DNA from: Intoshia linei
Lineage: Eukaryota > Animalia > Orthonectida
Reading direction: 5' to 3'
DNA: 64,000 nucleotides
Assembly: GCA_001642005.1 (NCBI GenBank)
Contig: LWCA01000016.1
Span: forward strand, 1-64,000
The notes under the pieces are model-generated. The model had not been told where the DNA came from. It did no database searches and worked only from the letters and a program-made list of their open reading frames with translations. This document shows, piece by piece, positions 1 through 11,971 of the stretch. Position 1 is the stretch's first letter, and each line of letters begins with the position of its first letter. Position numbers and translations under genes: made by a program.

Positions 1-464
1 TACATCTATAGGCAAATATACTTTTTGATCTTTAAAAAAGTGGACACCCTAGTGTACATTGTACAATCTTAAAAATAAAGTAAAAACAGTACAATTCTAA
101 AAATTGTCAAAAATAGCTTAAATCTCAGAAAAAATAAAATTATAAAAACATTTTTTGAATTTATTAGAGAGAACGAGTATAATACCAATAATAATATGTT
201 AAAAATAAAATAACAACAGTAGAATCCTAAAATCCTAATTCTATAATTTTATCAATAAATGTAATCGTTGTCATCTAAATTTCCGATTAAACTTTAGTTT
301 AAGTAAAGTTGGAACTTACAAGTTGCAAGTTGCAACCAAAATGAATTCAATATAAATTTTAAATATAAACCAAAATTTATTTTCAATATCATTGTAATAA
401 AGTCTCTACCGTATCAAATTTAATTAAAAAAATTTAAACATTTAAAAACATTCAAAAACCCACC

Positions 465-3400
465 ATGTTTGATTACTCAACAAAACCAAATTTTTCAGAA
501 ATTAATTTTGATGCATTCTTGATAACATTTTCTCAAGTAATAATTTTTTTGTGTTTGATAATTTGATAATTTGATAATTTTAGATTTTCTTTTTTGCTAT
601 TGCAAAATTATTTTTTAATAAATATTTATTTCGTAACTTTGAGGTAAATTTAATTTATTGTTTACAATATTATTTTAGATTAGAAATAAAATTGTTCCGT
701 CTATATTTTGCGTAACATTTTCTGTTTCTTGTGTTATGTTTGAATTGATCATTTTTGAAATTGTCGATATTTTCCATAGAAAGTTTTTTTTAAAGTTTTA
801 AGTATTTATTTTTATTTTTTAGTTCTCGTTTGTTTTACTCGAAAATGCAATTAAATATGATGCTATTTGTTCTAATTTTTGTGTTACCATTCTATTTGGC
901 ATTTTACATTGTTGGGTGTTTGCAATATAGTATTTTTTATTATTTTGACAGTAATATAAATGTACATTGTACAATGAAACTCGTCTACAATGGCCATTGT
1001 TATAGTGAAAAATTACTTGAAAATTAAAAATTAGTGAATTAAAATTAAAATTATTATATTAGTACAATTGTATACTATTGTACAATATTTTTTAAGTTTT
1101 CTACCAAATTTATAACTAAAAATAATAAAAATTTAATATAAATCAATAAACTATTCTATATGTCGGGTCGGCAATTTTTTGCATCTCGTGGGCCACTTTT
1201 TTTTATCAAAAAATTCCCCACCCCGTTTTTAAAAATTTTCACATAATATATTTCATTTTTAATTAAATTAATTGATACAGTTCTAGTATATTTAACAAAA
1301 TTAAATCCAGGACGATTTGAAAATTCAGTATTAAAATGATTATAATGAGCTAATTTTAGTAGAAAATGTTTAAAATGGTGTTTAAAAAATGAAAAATTTA
1401 AAAATAAATAAATTACATATTTACTCAAAGAGACACCAAAATTATTTTGTTGGCCACTGGTTGTCGACCTCTGCTATATGTGTATCATTTATTTTTAGTT
1501 GAAAAAAACAATTTTCGCCGATTTTTATATAGCATTTTATTATGGCTTAAATTTATATATTTTTTTTGGAAAATTGGAACTGCCTTCCCTATTGAAAAGC
1601 CTAAACAAAGTAAATATTTCATAATTACGTTATTGATTTGATTAACTTTTAATCAATTATTTTTGTAATTTTAATATCATTATTAGCATAGCCGAACCTA
1701 CCAATCTCGAAGTCGCCCGAAAACGAAAAATGACTTAAAAAACTATTCATATACGATGCGTAGTGTCATATAAACCTAGCCACATCTCCAAGGTTCTTGA
1801 TTTGGCATTTTAAATTTAACATACAAAATACAGTGTGGTTATGATATTCAAGAATTAAATTTTTTCAATGCTCAATTTGAAAATATGTGTCCGAAATTTT
1901 ACAAAAATTTCGTCGAGGCCCCGAAGGGTCTCGATATGGTAGGTTTGGCACTGATTATTATTATTATTATTATGGCTGCAAATTTTTTACCAAAAGATCT
2001 TTCCTTGGTGGGCCTTCAATTATAATTTATTTAATTTAAAAATATATGAAAATTATTCTGTATTTCCTAATTTTAAACAATATTTAAACTTTTTATAATA
2101 TACTAGATTCTAGTAACTAGAATAAATTCTATAACGGCGTTCATTTTCTAGACTCTATAAAATTTATATGTTAACCCCTAGATGTGTAATTTATCCTGTC
2201 GACCACTAAGGGGTCCACAGGGACCCGTCGAGAACCACTAATCTAAAGTGACATTCATTTGAGCAATGTATTGTAGCGATACATCATAGAGCCACATAAT
2301 CATCGATTTTACGTATATATCATATTGATTTTTTCAAGAAATTTTTGTGGGTTTTGTTAGAGAAAATTTTTTAAACCGATTTTTAAAGAATTTAAAGATA
2401 ATTTTGTTCAAATAAGTTATAATTATTTTTAAAATCTTTAAAAATTGGGTGATAAAAATCAATTATATGATTAATTAGCAAAATCTATGATTACGTCGCT
2501 CTAACAATACATCGTTTAACTGAATGTTCGCCCTTTAGAACAAAAAAATAGCTGAATAGCTGCGATTTATTTACTTTTTCAAAAAATTGGGTAATTTTGG
2601 ATTTTGACCATGAAAATGCAAATTTATGAGATTGAAATTTATCTTATTTTCTGCACAAGAGAAAACTGATTTGAAATTTCTGGGATTGTCAGTTTTCTAA
2701 ATAAACCTTTAAACAGACACATTTTTAGCAACTTACTATATTATTATTACAAGTAAGGAGTTTTGTAATTTAATTATGTTTATTTTTAGTTTTTTCTGCA
2801 GTAGATCACTGTGTTAGCCGTATAGGTGTTATTGGAGTTACAGTAATGTCAATATTATCCGGATTCGGTGCAGTCAATTATCCTTACACTTGTTTAAACT
2901 ATTTCATGAGGTTATATTCATTATACATTATTTTTTATACATTACAATGCTTTATATTATGGGTTCTCACACTTTTTTGAAGGCGGACCGGTAATAAATT
3001 ACAAAATTTATCGCGGACCACTAAAACGATATTACAAGGGAACATTAAAAAAATTTTGATAAAAACGTAATAAATTGACTTTTAATTAATAAATCAATGT
3101 TTTTGAAAATTATTGCGCGGATCGGGATTTGGGAAACGTTGTATTATACGTTATTGTATTTATTTATTAGTTTGATTATTTTTGGGGTTAAATAGTTAAT
3201 TTTGATTTTACTCAACAGGATTCCATAAACAGAATTGTGTAATCACTGTCCGTTAGTTTTGAACTACACCACGCCATATAAAAAAATGTAATTTGAATTA
3301 AAAATTTAAATTTTAGAACTGTAGATCACAATTACATTAAAAACCTTGAACATAGAATACTACAGTCTGTCGATATAATTATAGAAAAACAAATTGAGTG

Positions 3401-6400
3401 ATATTTTTTTACAATTAATTAAAAAAATGAAAATTATATTTTCAGTTTAGTAAAATTAAAACAAGAGAAAAAGAGAAGAAAAAGAAATGTTACAAAAGTT
3501 GGTTTATTCCAAAGCGCGTTTATTTTGTTTAAGAATGTTTTTATTGGTCGAGTGAGTGGTATGTATTTTTTATATAATTTTAAAAATGTAATTTGCATTT
3601 TGGTATTTTATAATTTTAGATACTGATAAAATGAAAAAATCTATTGCTAATTTAAAAGAAATTAATAGGCAATTATTTTTAGAATTAGTCGATGTTCACA
3701 ATGATAGAGTATGTTTTTATTTTCAAATTTTTAAAGTATCTTATTCTTATATGTTATATTAGGATCGCGTTCAATTTTCAAAAACTCTTAAAGGCAAATA
3801 TTTCAATTTTTTGGGATTCTTTTTTTCTATATATTGTGTGCTGAAAATTGTGATGGTATTTTATAATATATTTTAAAAGGTAGATGTTATAAAACCGTAT
3901 AAACAGGGATAGCCATCAAGGCGATCGCTATCGACTGATCCATGGCCAAATCATTATATGAAACATATTGTTAAATTGTAGTTAAATTGTTTTAACTACA
4001 TGTCAGAAAAATATATGAATGAAATAATAAAAGTGGTAGGTTAGTTTGATGTAAGATTTTTTGATTTTAAAAGGATGGAACAAATTGAATCGATAATTGT
4101 ATTTCTTTGAAAATTTCAGAGGTACGTTTGGATGAGGGTGAAACCAAATTGAAAATTTTGTCATTGAAAGCTAAAATTTATCTTTATCGTATATTTATAC
4201 TTATCTCGTAATTCAGAGGATGATATTTTAAATTTTGTTGGTTAAGAAATATACGTAAATTTACGAAGTTGTAGCGAATAAATTAATTAATAATTAATAT
4301 TTTGGTTCAACTTATGCGAATTGGCTTTTTCTTTCATGATTATAATAAAATCAAAGAAAATATCATTGTTGACTGACTCACATGTGGTAAACTCATTGAA
4401 ACTATCACTAACAAATTACACACACAATTTAAAAAAATAGCCGATGAAATTAAATTAAATGGCGGAATCTTACTAATTATTAAAATTGTAAACTATTATT
4501 TTGCTAATTAAAATATATTCATATATTTTTTATCACAAAGTAGAGGCGTAAGTGAGAATCCGAAATTGACCACTTTTGCTTCAAGATTATTAACATTAAC
4601 ATATCATATTTAAATAAAATTAGTTGGCTGGATTAGAAAAATCTCATAGTCAATCGCATTAAAAACTAGTTGGCACCCCTCGTATAAAAGATAAAATTGT
4701 ATTTTAGCAATTTTCGAATTGTTGATTAACTTTTTTGAAAGCTAAAATTTTTAAATGAGAATTAATATATACATTTTAATATTGATGCAGTTTTATTGAA
4801 TTTGTAATTTTAAAATTTAATCATAGTTTAGTAACTAAATATATTTTTATTATTTTAGGCCATCATCAACATATTGTTGGATAGAGTTGGTAAAGTTGAT
4901 CCAATTACTCGTGGGATCGAAATTTCTGTTAATTATTTAGGATTTAATTTTGATGTTATTTATTCAATTGAAAATTTTACAGTTTATTCACTTTAGGTAC
5001 GATTTTGGGCCCAACAACTGTCGTTTTGGTTGATTGGAATTATCATTATAACTTCAATTCGCGGATTCTTGTTAACGTTGACAAAAGTAATTTTAATCTA
5101 CATTTGATTTCATTTATTTAGTTTTTTTATGCGATTGCCAGCTCTAGGAGTTCCAATATTATTATTTTATGTATTGCACAAACTATGGTACGTTTTTAAT
5201 TATTAATAATAAAAATTTTTTTCCTATATAAAATAAATGTCTGTTACCGTTTATTTAAAAAATTAAGAGTGGTACAATTACAAAAATCCAAACTCTGTTA
5301 CAATTTTTGAAGGGTAATGCAAATTTCATAAATTTATTCAAGAAATGGAACTGTTTAGGTTAATAAGCCCCAATTTTAAAAAATGAAAAAAACTAAGAAT
5401 CCCTGAATTTTGTAAAATGTTATAGCTAGGCAAAGTTTTTTTAACCTATTAAATAGATCAAAATAAAATTTTAACTTTTTTTACCTATAAAAAATTAAGT
5501 CAAAATTCAATTGGGTCCCAGATAATAAAATAAGTAAAAAGATTAATTATGATATATTACATAGTTTTTAATATCATTGAATAAAAAATTTATTTGTTAC
5601 AGTTGTTAGTTAGTACTTTCTTCAGTATGCTAAAACTTGTTTCTATACAGCAATAACTAAAAACAGATTATAATACATTAACCCTATAATCACTTTTCAA
5701 TTTGTATTTCCTAATTCAAGTGGTATCATTCAAATGTAAAGGTTTTTGTCAACAGAAAATTTATGACTGAACCTAAAGTAATTTTAATTAATAATTTTAA
5801 ACACGTTTTCGTCTTAAAACGTCGTTTACGTCAGGGTACACTGTAGAGTTCTGCATCGGATTGTGTTGAAGTGAGATGTACGAACGAAACGGAAAATGTT
5901 TGTCCGAAACACGATTAAAATTTAATTAAATTAAGTTAAATTTTACTTAGTTATAAACTTAAAACACGAAATATTTAAATTTTGTAAACACGATCTGAAC
6001 ACGACTAAAAAATTTCATAATAAGCACTTTAGGGGATGTATTTTGTGTCAATGGTTTTGTTGATAAGAATGAATATGCCTTATAAATACCGGTAATTTTA
6101 TATTTATAGATAATTTTTATATTTTATTTACATTTTGTTAATTGATTGAAAGTTTTCAAAATTAGTTAACTTGATACGTTTTTCGTAATAATTTTTTTGT
6201 TTAAATTTAAAAAATTGTAAGCTTCACTTAGTACATTTTTATAAATTTAATGTTACTTTTTGCAAAATTTTACAGAATGAATTTGTAGATCAGGAATTCT
6301 CAATCTGACAGATTGTGCACATTTGGGCGGTGTATTTTCAGAACAAAATTATTTTATAATTGATATTATAATTTCCTTGTACATTACATACGTATTAAAT

Positions 6401-7040
6401 TCATGAAATGAAACTACACTTTGTATTAACTATTAAAGCCAAGCGATTAAAATGTCTATTTTAAGAAAAAAGGAAAACAAAAAAAATTTTTATTAGAAAG
6501 TTCGATGCGCAGTTATTACTGCAAAGTCAAATAAAAATGTTATTATTAGAAAAGTCACCTTACAATTGCTAGACAAGCAAAAAATTGTAAATTCCAAAAA
6601 TTTTGTTAAATAGGTGATTTACATCATTTTTATAATGCTAAAAATTAATTTAAATAATTTTTGCTTAATTTTCATTATTATAGAGTTCATAATTAATGTT
6701 TTTAGGAGAGGGAGATAATCTTGCAAAATCTTTTTAATCTTTAATTATTATAAATAAAAATTTTATAATTATTAAAATTTTTTAATCTGGGGGGATGGTC
6801 CTTAAAAGGTTTTATTTTATCCACTGGTAATGTGACGCACGTTTTGTCAACATGTATTTATTTTATATATTAATCATTTAATCTAGAGGTATAATAACAT
6901 CAGTATTGGGAGACCTGGAATTTAGGTTTTATCACAGATGGTTTGATGTAATTTTTTTGATTTCTGCTTTAAGCAGTATTTTATTCCTGTACATTGCCGC
7001 ACATCGACGTAAACTTAACAATTTGAAAATTAAACTGTAA
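465..7040 (+). CDS. GPR89: Golgi pH regulator (GPR89/GPHR), multi-exon
   Basis: Spliced translation: [24 protein letters not shown]|[20 protein letters not shown]|[28 protein letters not shown]...[24 protein letters not shown]...[28 protein letters not shown]. These are GPR89 motifs. Introns are GT-AG; stop TAA at 7038-7040. Confidence 0.95.
1161..1471 (-). mobile_element. hAT-type MITE, inverted relative of the 8411-8693 and ~37349-37614 copies
   Basis: Degenerate TIRs (gggtcggcaa ... ttgtcgacctctg). The internal gcatctcgtgggccac and ggccactggttg segments match the reverse complement of the 8411 element. Confidence 0.55.
1687..1953. mobile_element. MITE with ~25-bp TIRs and an 8-bp TSD (hAT-like)
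   Basis: TIRs CATAGCCGAACCTACCAATCTCGA ... TCGATATGGTAGGTTTGGCACTG; flanks ATTATTAG / ATTATTAT. A related copy lies at ~37999-38156. Confidence 0.7.
2961..3141 (+). mobile_element. hAT (Buster-like) MITE family A, copy 1
   Basis: Shares ggcggaccggtaataaatt...aaattttatcgcg and the terminal ttgggaaacg(t/c)tg with 11779-11965 and the inverted 38316-38507 copy. Confidence 0.75.
3904..4680 (+). mobile_element. Internally deleted hAT element with a transposase C-terminal remnant
   Basis: Ends CAGGGATAGCCA ... TTGGCACCCCT, flanked by the 8-bp direct repeat CGTATAAA. A frameshifted FGSTY-(C)[13 protein letters not shown] dimerisation-domain remnant lies at ~4300-4355. Confidence 0.7.
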
Positions 7041-7066
7041 AAATTTTAATAAATATTGAAACAATT

Positions 7067-9854
7067 TTAATCTATCCAATTTACATGTACGGTGTCTGTA
7101 CGATATCTAAAACATTGAATAAACATTTACATTGTATGTAAAGGTTACCTTTGAGTTGTATTGGTTTCATTCCAGCTGGTAGGTCCATTTTTATCATACA
7201 TTAATTGTCCGGCCCTAAAAAATTAAAAACTACCTTAAATTATAAACCTAGCAATCATTGCACCATTGTCTATGCAAAAACTTTCATCTGTTGCATATAA
7301 AATACCGCCAGAATCTTTAATCATATTTTGCATCATTTCCTGTAATCTTAAATTGCCTATAGTTTATTAATTTAACAAACGTAATATCATACATCCAACT
7401 CCACCGACAATTAAAATTTCGTTCAATTTTATATCAACCATAGCTCTTTCTAAAGGTAAAAATTTGTAAATATAAAAAATTGAAAATCAAACCTACTACC
7501 TCAATAATCATTGAAAAGGCAGTTTCTTGTAGAGAAAAACATATGTCGGCAATAGTATACTCGTCAGACCAATTTTCTTTAGATATTATCGTCTAATTCA
7601 AAACATTACATAATAAACCCAATTAAATTGCTAACAGTGATCAGATTTTTGGAATATTTTCATAAAAAAATTCTACCAAAAACGTCATTGTAATGTAAAT
7701 TAAAATTAATTACTTGTATGGTAGAAATTATTCCGGAAAAACTGAAATTCATGCCTCTAACAACATATGGTAAATCTACTAGTTTTTTTCCTTTTTTTGC
7801 TTCTTGTTCAATGTTGTAACCTGGACATGGATCATTGGAAAGTTTGAGCAGTCTAGCTGCTTTATCAAAAATATTTCCAACACCCGAATCCATAGTCTCT
7901 CCGATAATAGCATATCTATTGTTTCGATAATATATAACCTAATCAAATATTAATACATATGCTCAATTTTCCCTTTATAAATTATACTGTAACAACGTTA
8001 ACATCTCAGCATTCATTACAATTTAAATTTTAAATCAAATCAAGTAAAAATATTACTTGAGTATTTCCTCCGCTAGCATATAAAATCATGGGTTTATTAC
8101 ATTTTGTGACTAATCGGCCCATTTCAATATCTAATTTACAAATTTAAGTGTAAAAAAAATTCATTTACGTCCGATGCAATGATTTACTGCAACAATTGGT
8201 TTTTTCCAAAGCCGGGAAATCAATCTAGCTACAAAGGCTACATCGGTTAAACAGCTAGCTATTCCTGGCCCTAAACATATACATTTATAGCGCTATGAAA
8301 AACTTCAAAGATTTGGGTTTACTACGAAAGAACTACATTTGAAAGTATTCATAGTACCAGCACTAAATGACCATCTCAGGTTATAATTATCAATATAATA
8401 ACCTAAAAATCAGGGATCGGCAACCAATGGCCTAAAAAATAATTTTGGTGGCCCTTTGAGTAAATATGTAAATTATTTATTTTTAAATTTTTCCGTTTTA
8501 AACATTTTCTACTATAATTGGCTATTATAATCATTTTATTACTGAATTTTCAGATCGTCCCGAATATTATTTTGTTGAATATACTAGAAACGTTTCTCTT
8601 CAGTTCAAATTGTAATGTATCATGGGTAAATTATGAAAAAATGGGGCCCATATTATAAAGTGACCCACGAGATGCAAAAGGTTACCGTCCCTGCTCAAGA
8701 TGAATATGAAAAAATTAGTTAAGGATTGTAGTTTTTCATCTCCAATTTAATGTTTCAAAAAAATAAAATTGAATTTTTAAGTAGAAATTTATTGTTCAAT
8801 ATCGTAGTGATTCTCTACTAGAAAATAAGTTATATGACTATTATAACGATATCACATCCAATGAGTCATGAATCATTAAAAAAATCCGGTTTTACCAAGC
8901 CTTTAGGAAAAAATCCAGTTTCATCAACCCTTTAGGGAAAATTCTAGTTTTACCAACCTTTAAGGAAAATTCCACTTGTACCAACTATTACATGCGATTC
9001 TAAAACACAATCTCTTTTCATTTTGGGTATTGAATTAAATTGCTTTATGCAAACATGAAATTCCATTTAGTTTACAAAATTATAATTTTTAAGACAAGTT
9101 TTTTGCATTAGATAAAATGTTATATACATTTGGATATAAATCAATCATATCATACCAAAAGGTACTTAGTGGTTTTTCATAGAAAATATTCGTGCAGTGG
9201 AATCATTTATTAAATCTATTATTTCATCCTGTACTTTATCGGGAATAGTTTATATATTGAGTGAAGAAGAACATTTAAAATTGTAATAGAGAATGTAAAA
9301 ATATTTCCGTAACAGTATCATGTTAATATTATAAATAAAAAAATAAATAAATGTATAATAAAATTTTTAAATTCTCACGAGACCCCCTGACAAATTTCGC
9401 GACACCGTGTTGAAAACCACTGGTTTAGACTGTGTTCATATGCAAAATAATATGTTTGTTTTCTGAAAAAATAACGGCCTATAATATTTTAATACGACTA
9501 GGGGTAGAGATAATTTTTTTGGGGGAACTAATGGACGAATTAATTGTAGCTTTCTATCCCTGATTTTATAAGTAAATTGGACCTTTGGTAAAACAGATAA
9601 TATCTATATCATCATAAACCATATTTGCTTCTTGAAAGGCCCGTTTAATTAATTTAATAATATTTTTTCTGTGATGGACAGCAACATAACGCGGAACAAA
9701 TCCTAAAATGAAACTCATCGATGAAATAAATTGTGATACCGTCGCCATCTGTAGCAATAAATGTTTTACGAATATTTATCAACACTTTATCGCCTCTCAT
9801 TATTCCTATCCCCAATTTGTTTGCACTTCCTTCAATACCCAATGCACATGTCAT
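7067..9854 (-). CDS. OSGEP: tRNA N6-adenosine threonylcarbamoyltransferase OSGEP/Kae1 (KEOPS catalytic subunit)
   Basis: [18 protein letters not shown]...TKG|PG...VNHCIGHIEMGR...YASGGNTQ...[27 protein letters not shown]...[14 protein letters not shown]...CIDNGAMIA...[14 protein letters not shown]. The Kae1 motifs run across ~33-45 nt introns. Confidence 0.97.
8411..8693 (+). mobile_element. hAT-type MITE in an OSGEP intron
   Basis: TIRs CAGGGATCGGCAACC ... GGTTACCGTCCCTG. The internal gccctttgagtaaatatgtaaattatttattttt is shared with ~37405-37440. Confidence 0.7.
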
Positions 9855-9916
9855 AGTTTAAGATTTAAGATTTAAAATTTAACAATAAAGATATTTTCAT
9901 TTAGAAAAAGTAAAAA
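9855..9916. promoter_or_regulatory. Putative bidirectional promoter between OSGEP and TP53RK
   Basis: 62 bp separate the divergent ATGs (9854 and 9917). The spacer contains repeated (A/G)ATTTAA units. Confidence 0.7.
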
Positions 9917-10759
9917 ATGGAATCTAACCAATGTTTTTTGCAAGGTTCAGAATCTAAATTATATTTAGAATGGTACAACGGTCAATTGGTAATAAGAAAG
10001 TGGAGATATCCTAGATCTTACCGACATGCGACTATTGACGCTAGATTACGTAAACGTCGAACAAAAGCGGAGAAAAAAGCTCTTGAAAAATGCTACTCAT
10101 TAGGTATACTTGCAATTCAATAATTTGCACTGTTAAGGTTTAATTTTTAATTATGCTTAGGAGTTTCTGCTCCATCCTTAGTGGATGATAATATCGACAA
10201 AACTACTCTATATATTGGATACTTACACAATACAATTCAATTGGGTGATTATATCAACAAAATGTCCAAAGATGAAGAATTGGATCAGGAACATGTTATA
10301 AAAAAGTTAAATTGGGCTTTTTCAGAATTTGGTCGATTAGTAGCAAATTTACACTCCCATGACCTGATTCACGGAGATTTAACCTCATCGAATGTACTCG
10401 TAGAATTGGAAAAAAATCACAAATATCTTAAAAAAATTACTTTACCCACCAAATGTGACCATGCAATAGAAAAACAAGTTCCTTTGAGTAGTAATAATAT
10501 CGATTCTTTTAAAGGGGAAAAATTGCACCTTGTAGACTTTGGACTTTCATCAATTTCTCTTAGTGCTGAAAGCAAAGCAGTTGATTTGCATTTATTGGAA
10601 AGAACAATTCAATGTAGATATGACGATCAAAAATACCCAAATTTGTTCAATTTTTTTATGGATTCTTATTACAAACATGTCAATTGTGAATTTCTATACA
10701 AACAAATCTCGCAAAAACTTGACTCTGTACGCAAAAGATATCGAAAAATTGGATGTTGA
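9917..10759 (+). CDS. TP53RK: TP53-regulating kinase PRPK/Bud32 (KEOPS subunit), 2 exons (9917-10103, 10161-10759)
   Basis: QGSES, KWRYPRSYRHATID (Bud32 KxRxxKxYRHxxLD), RTKAE, IHGDLTSSNVL, LVDFGLS, ESKAVDLHLLE and a basic C-tail. One 57-nt GT-AG intron. Confidence 0.95.
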
Positions 10760-10782
10760 TTATAATTTTAATAAAATTTTGA

Positions 10783-11232
10783 TTAAAAGGGATTTGGTTC
10801 ATAAATACAATTATAAGTGTTTTTGTAGCATTCTTCACAGCAATAACAATTGTAACACTCTGGACACGATTCATGACATTCTTGGATACAGTTATATTCC
10901 AATGTTAAATTACAACAACAATTATTTGTTTCGATTTCTGAAGGAGAATTTGTGTTTAGTTTTTTCCATAAATCTTCATACATTTCCATTTTTATGTCAT
11001 TTTCCCAATTTTTTGGTGAATAGTTTGATGATTTATAATGATTTGAAGATCGCAATAAAAAAACCATTGATTCTTCAATGGTTGTTCCACCAGGTTCCTA
11101 TAATTTTATTATAATGTGTAAAAATTATATATAAAATACAAGATCTATGCTAGTCCAAAGTTTTTTTGATTTTTTGAGCATTTTTCGTTTAGACGATTTA
11201 GGCTTAATGTGACCGGCTAAAACTTGACCCAT
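10783..11232 (-). CDS. Orphan 135-aa protein with an N-terminal MG, a polybasic patch and a Cys-rich C-terminus; 2 exons (11140-11232, 10783-11097)
   Basis: ATG at 11232 gives MGQVLAGHIKPKSSKRKMLKKSKKLWTSIDL. A 42-nt GT-AG intron (11098-11139) joins it in frame to EPGGTTIEES-MVFLLR...NNCCCNLTLEYNCIQECHESCPECYNCYCCEECYKNTYNCIYEPNPF*. Confidence 0.7.
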
Positions 11233-11778
11233 TGGTTATTTGTTCAGATGTCAAGTGTGGTATATACTATTCGATAAGTATGTAGTGTTATTTTATAAAC
11301 TACAAAATGATCATTTTTTTAAATGGTTTTGACCCAAATTGATTTTATTTTAATTATTGATTTATTCAAAGTCATGATTGATAAATAACACTCTCGACGT
11401 TATCATATTAATGTGTTAACCTTGGATTTTTATTCACATTAGTATTTATGCGGATAGTCTTTATTTAAAATTCATCATTAACATTGATTTTTCATGTTCT
11501 CAATTTTAAACATAAATTTACATTAGTGAGTGGGAGTATAAGACTAAACACAATTGTCAACTGGTTAATATTTTATTTTTTGAATGGATTTTTTATTAGA
11601 AATTAAAAAAATATTTCCGAGTTTATGGGTTTCATTTCGTCAACTATTAAAAAATGGTTTACGCTAGTCCTAACATACATGTATATAAAACTTTTAAATT
11701 TTTTTTAAAAAAGGCATCAATTTGTGAGATTGACATTTTTAGTGTATGTTAACTGGAAATAACCGTATAAGGCTAATA

Positions 11779-11965
11779 CAGGGGTTCCCACATCTTTTTC
11801 ACGGCGGACCGGTAATAAATTATAAAATTTATCGCGCACAATGAAAGCGAAATTACTAAACAACATTACAAAAGGTTTGATGTAAAATGTAATAAATTGA
11901 CTTTTAATTAGTAAAAATTATTTCGCGGAGCAGAAAAACATTGGAACGGCATTTGGGAAACGCTG
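11779..11965 (+). mobile_element. hAT (Buster-like) MITE family A, copy 2
   Basis: TIRs CAGGGGTTCCCA ... TGGGAAACGCTG; left flank GGCTAATA fits nnnTAnnn. Confidence 0.8.
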
Positions 11966-11971
11966 GCTTAT

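Noticed and set aside
9891-9916. Acceptor-like TTTTCATTTAG just upstream of the TP53RK ATG as a trans-splice site
   Set aside because: Such motifs are frequent in this AT-rich DNA, and there is no spliced-leader evidence in the window.
10539-11114. 191-aa plus-strand ORF overlapping TP53RK and the orphan gene
   Set aside because: Non-ATG start, shadow frame of two better-supported genes, no recognisable motif.
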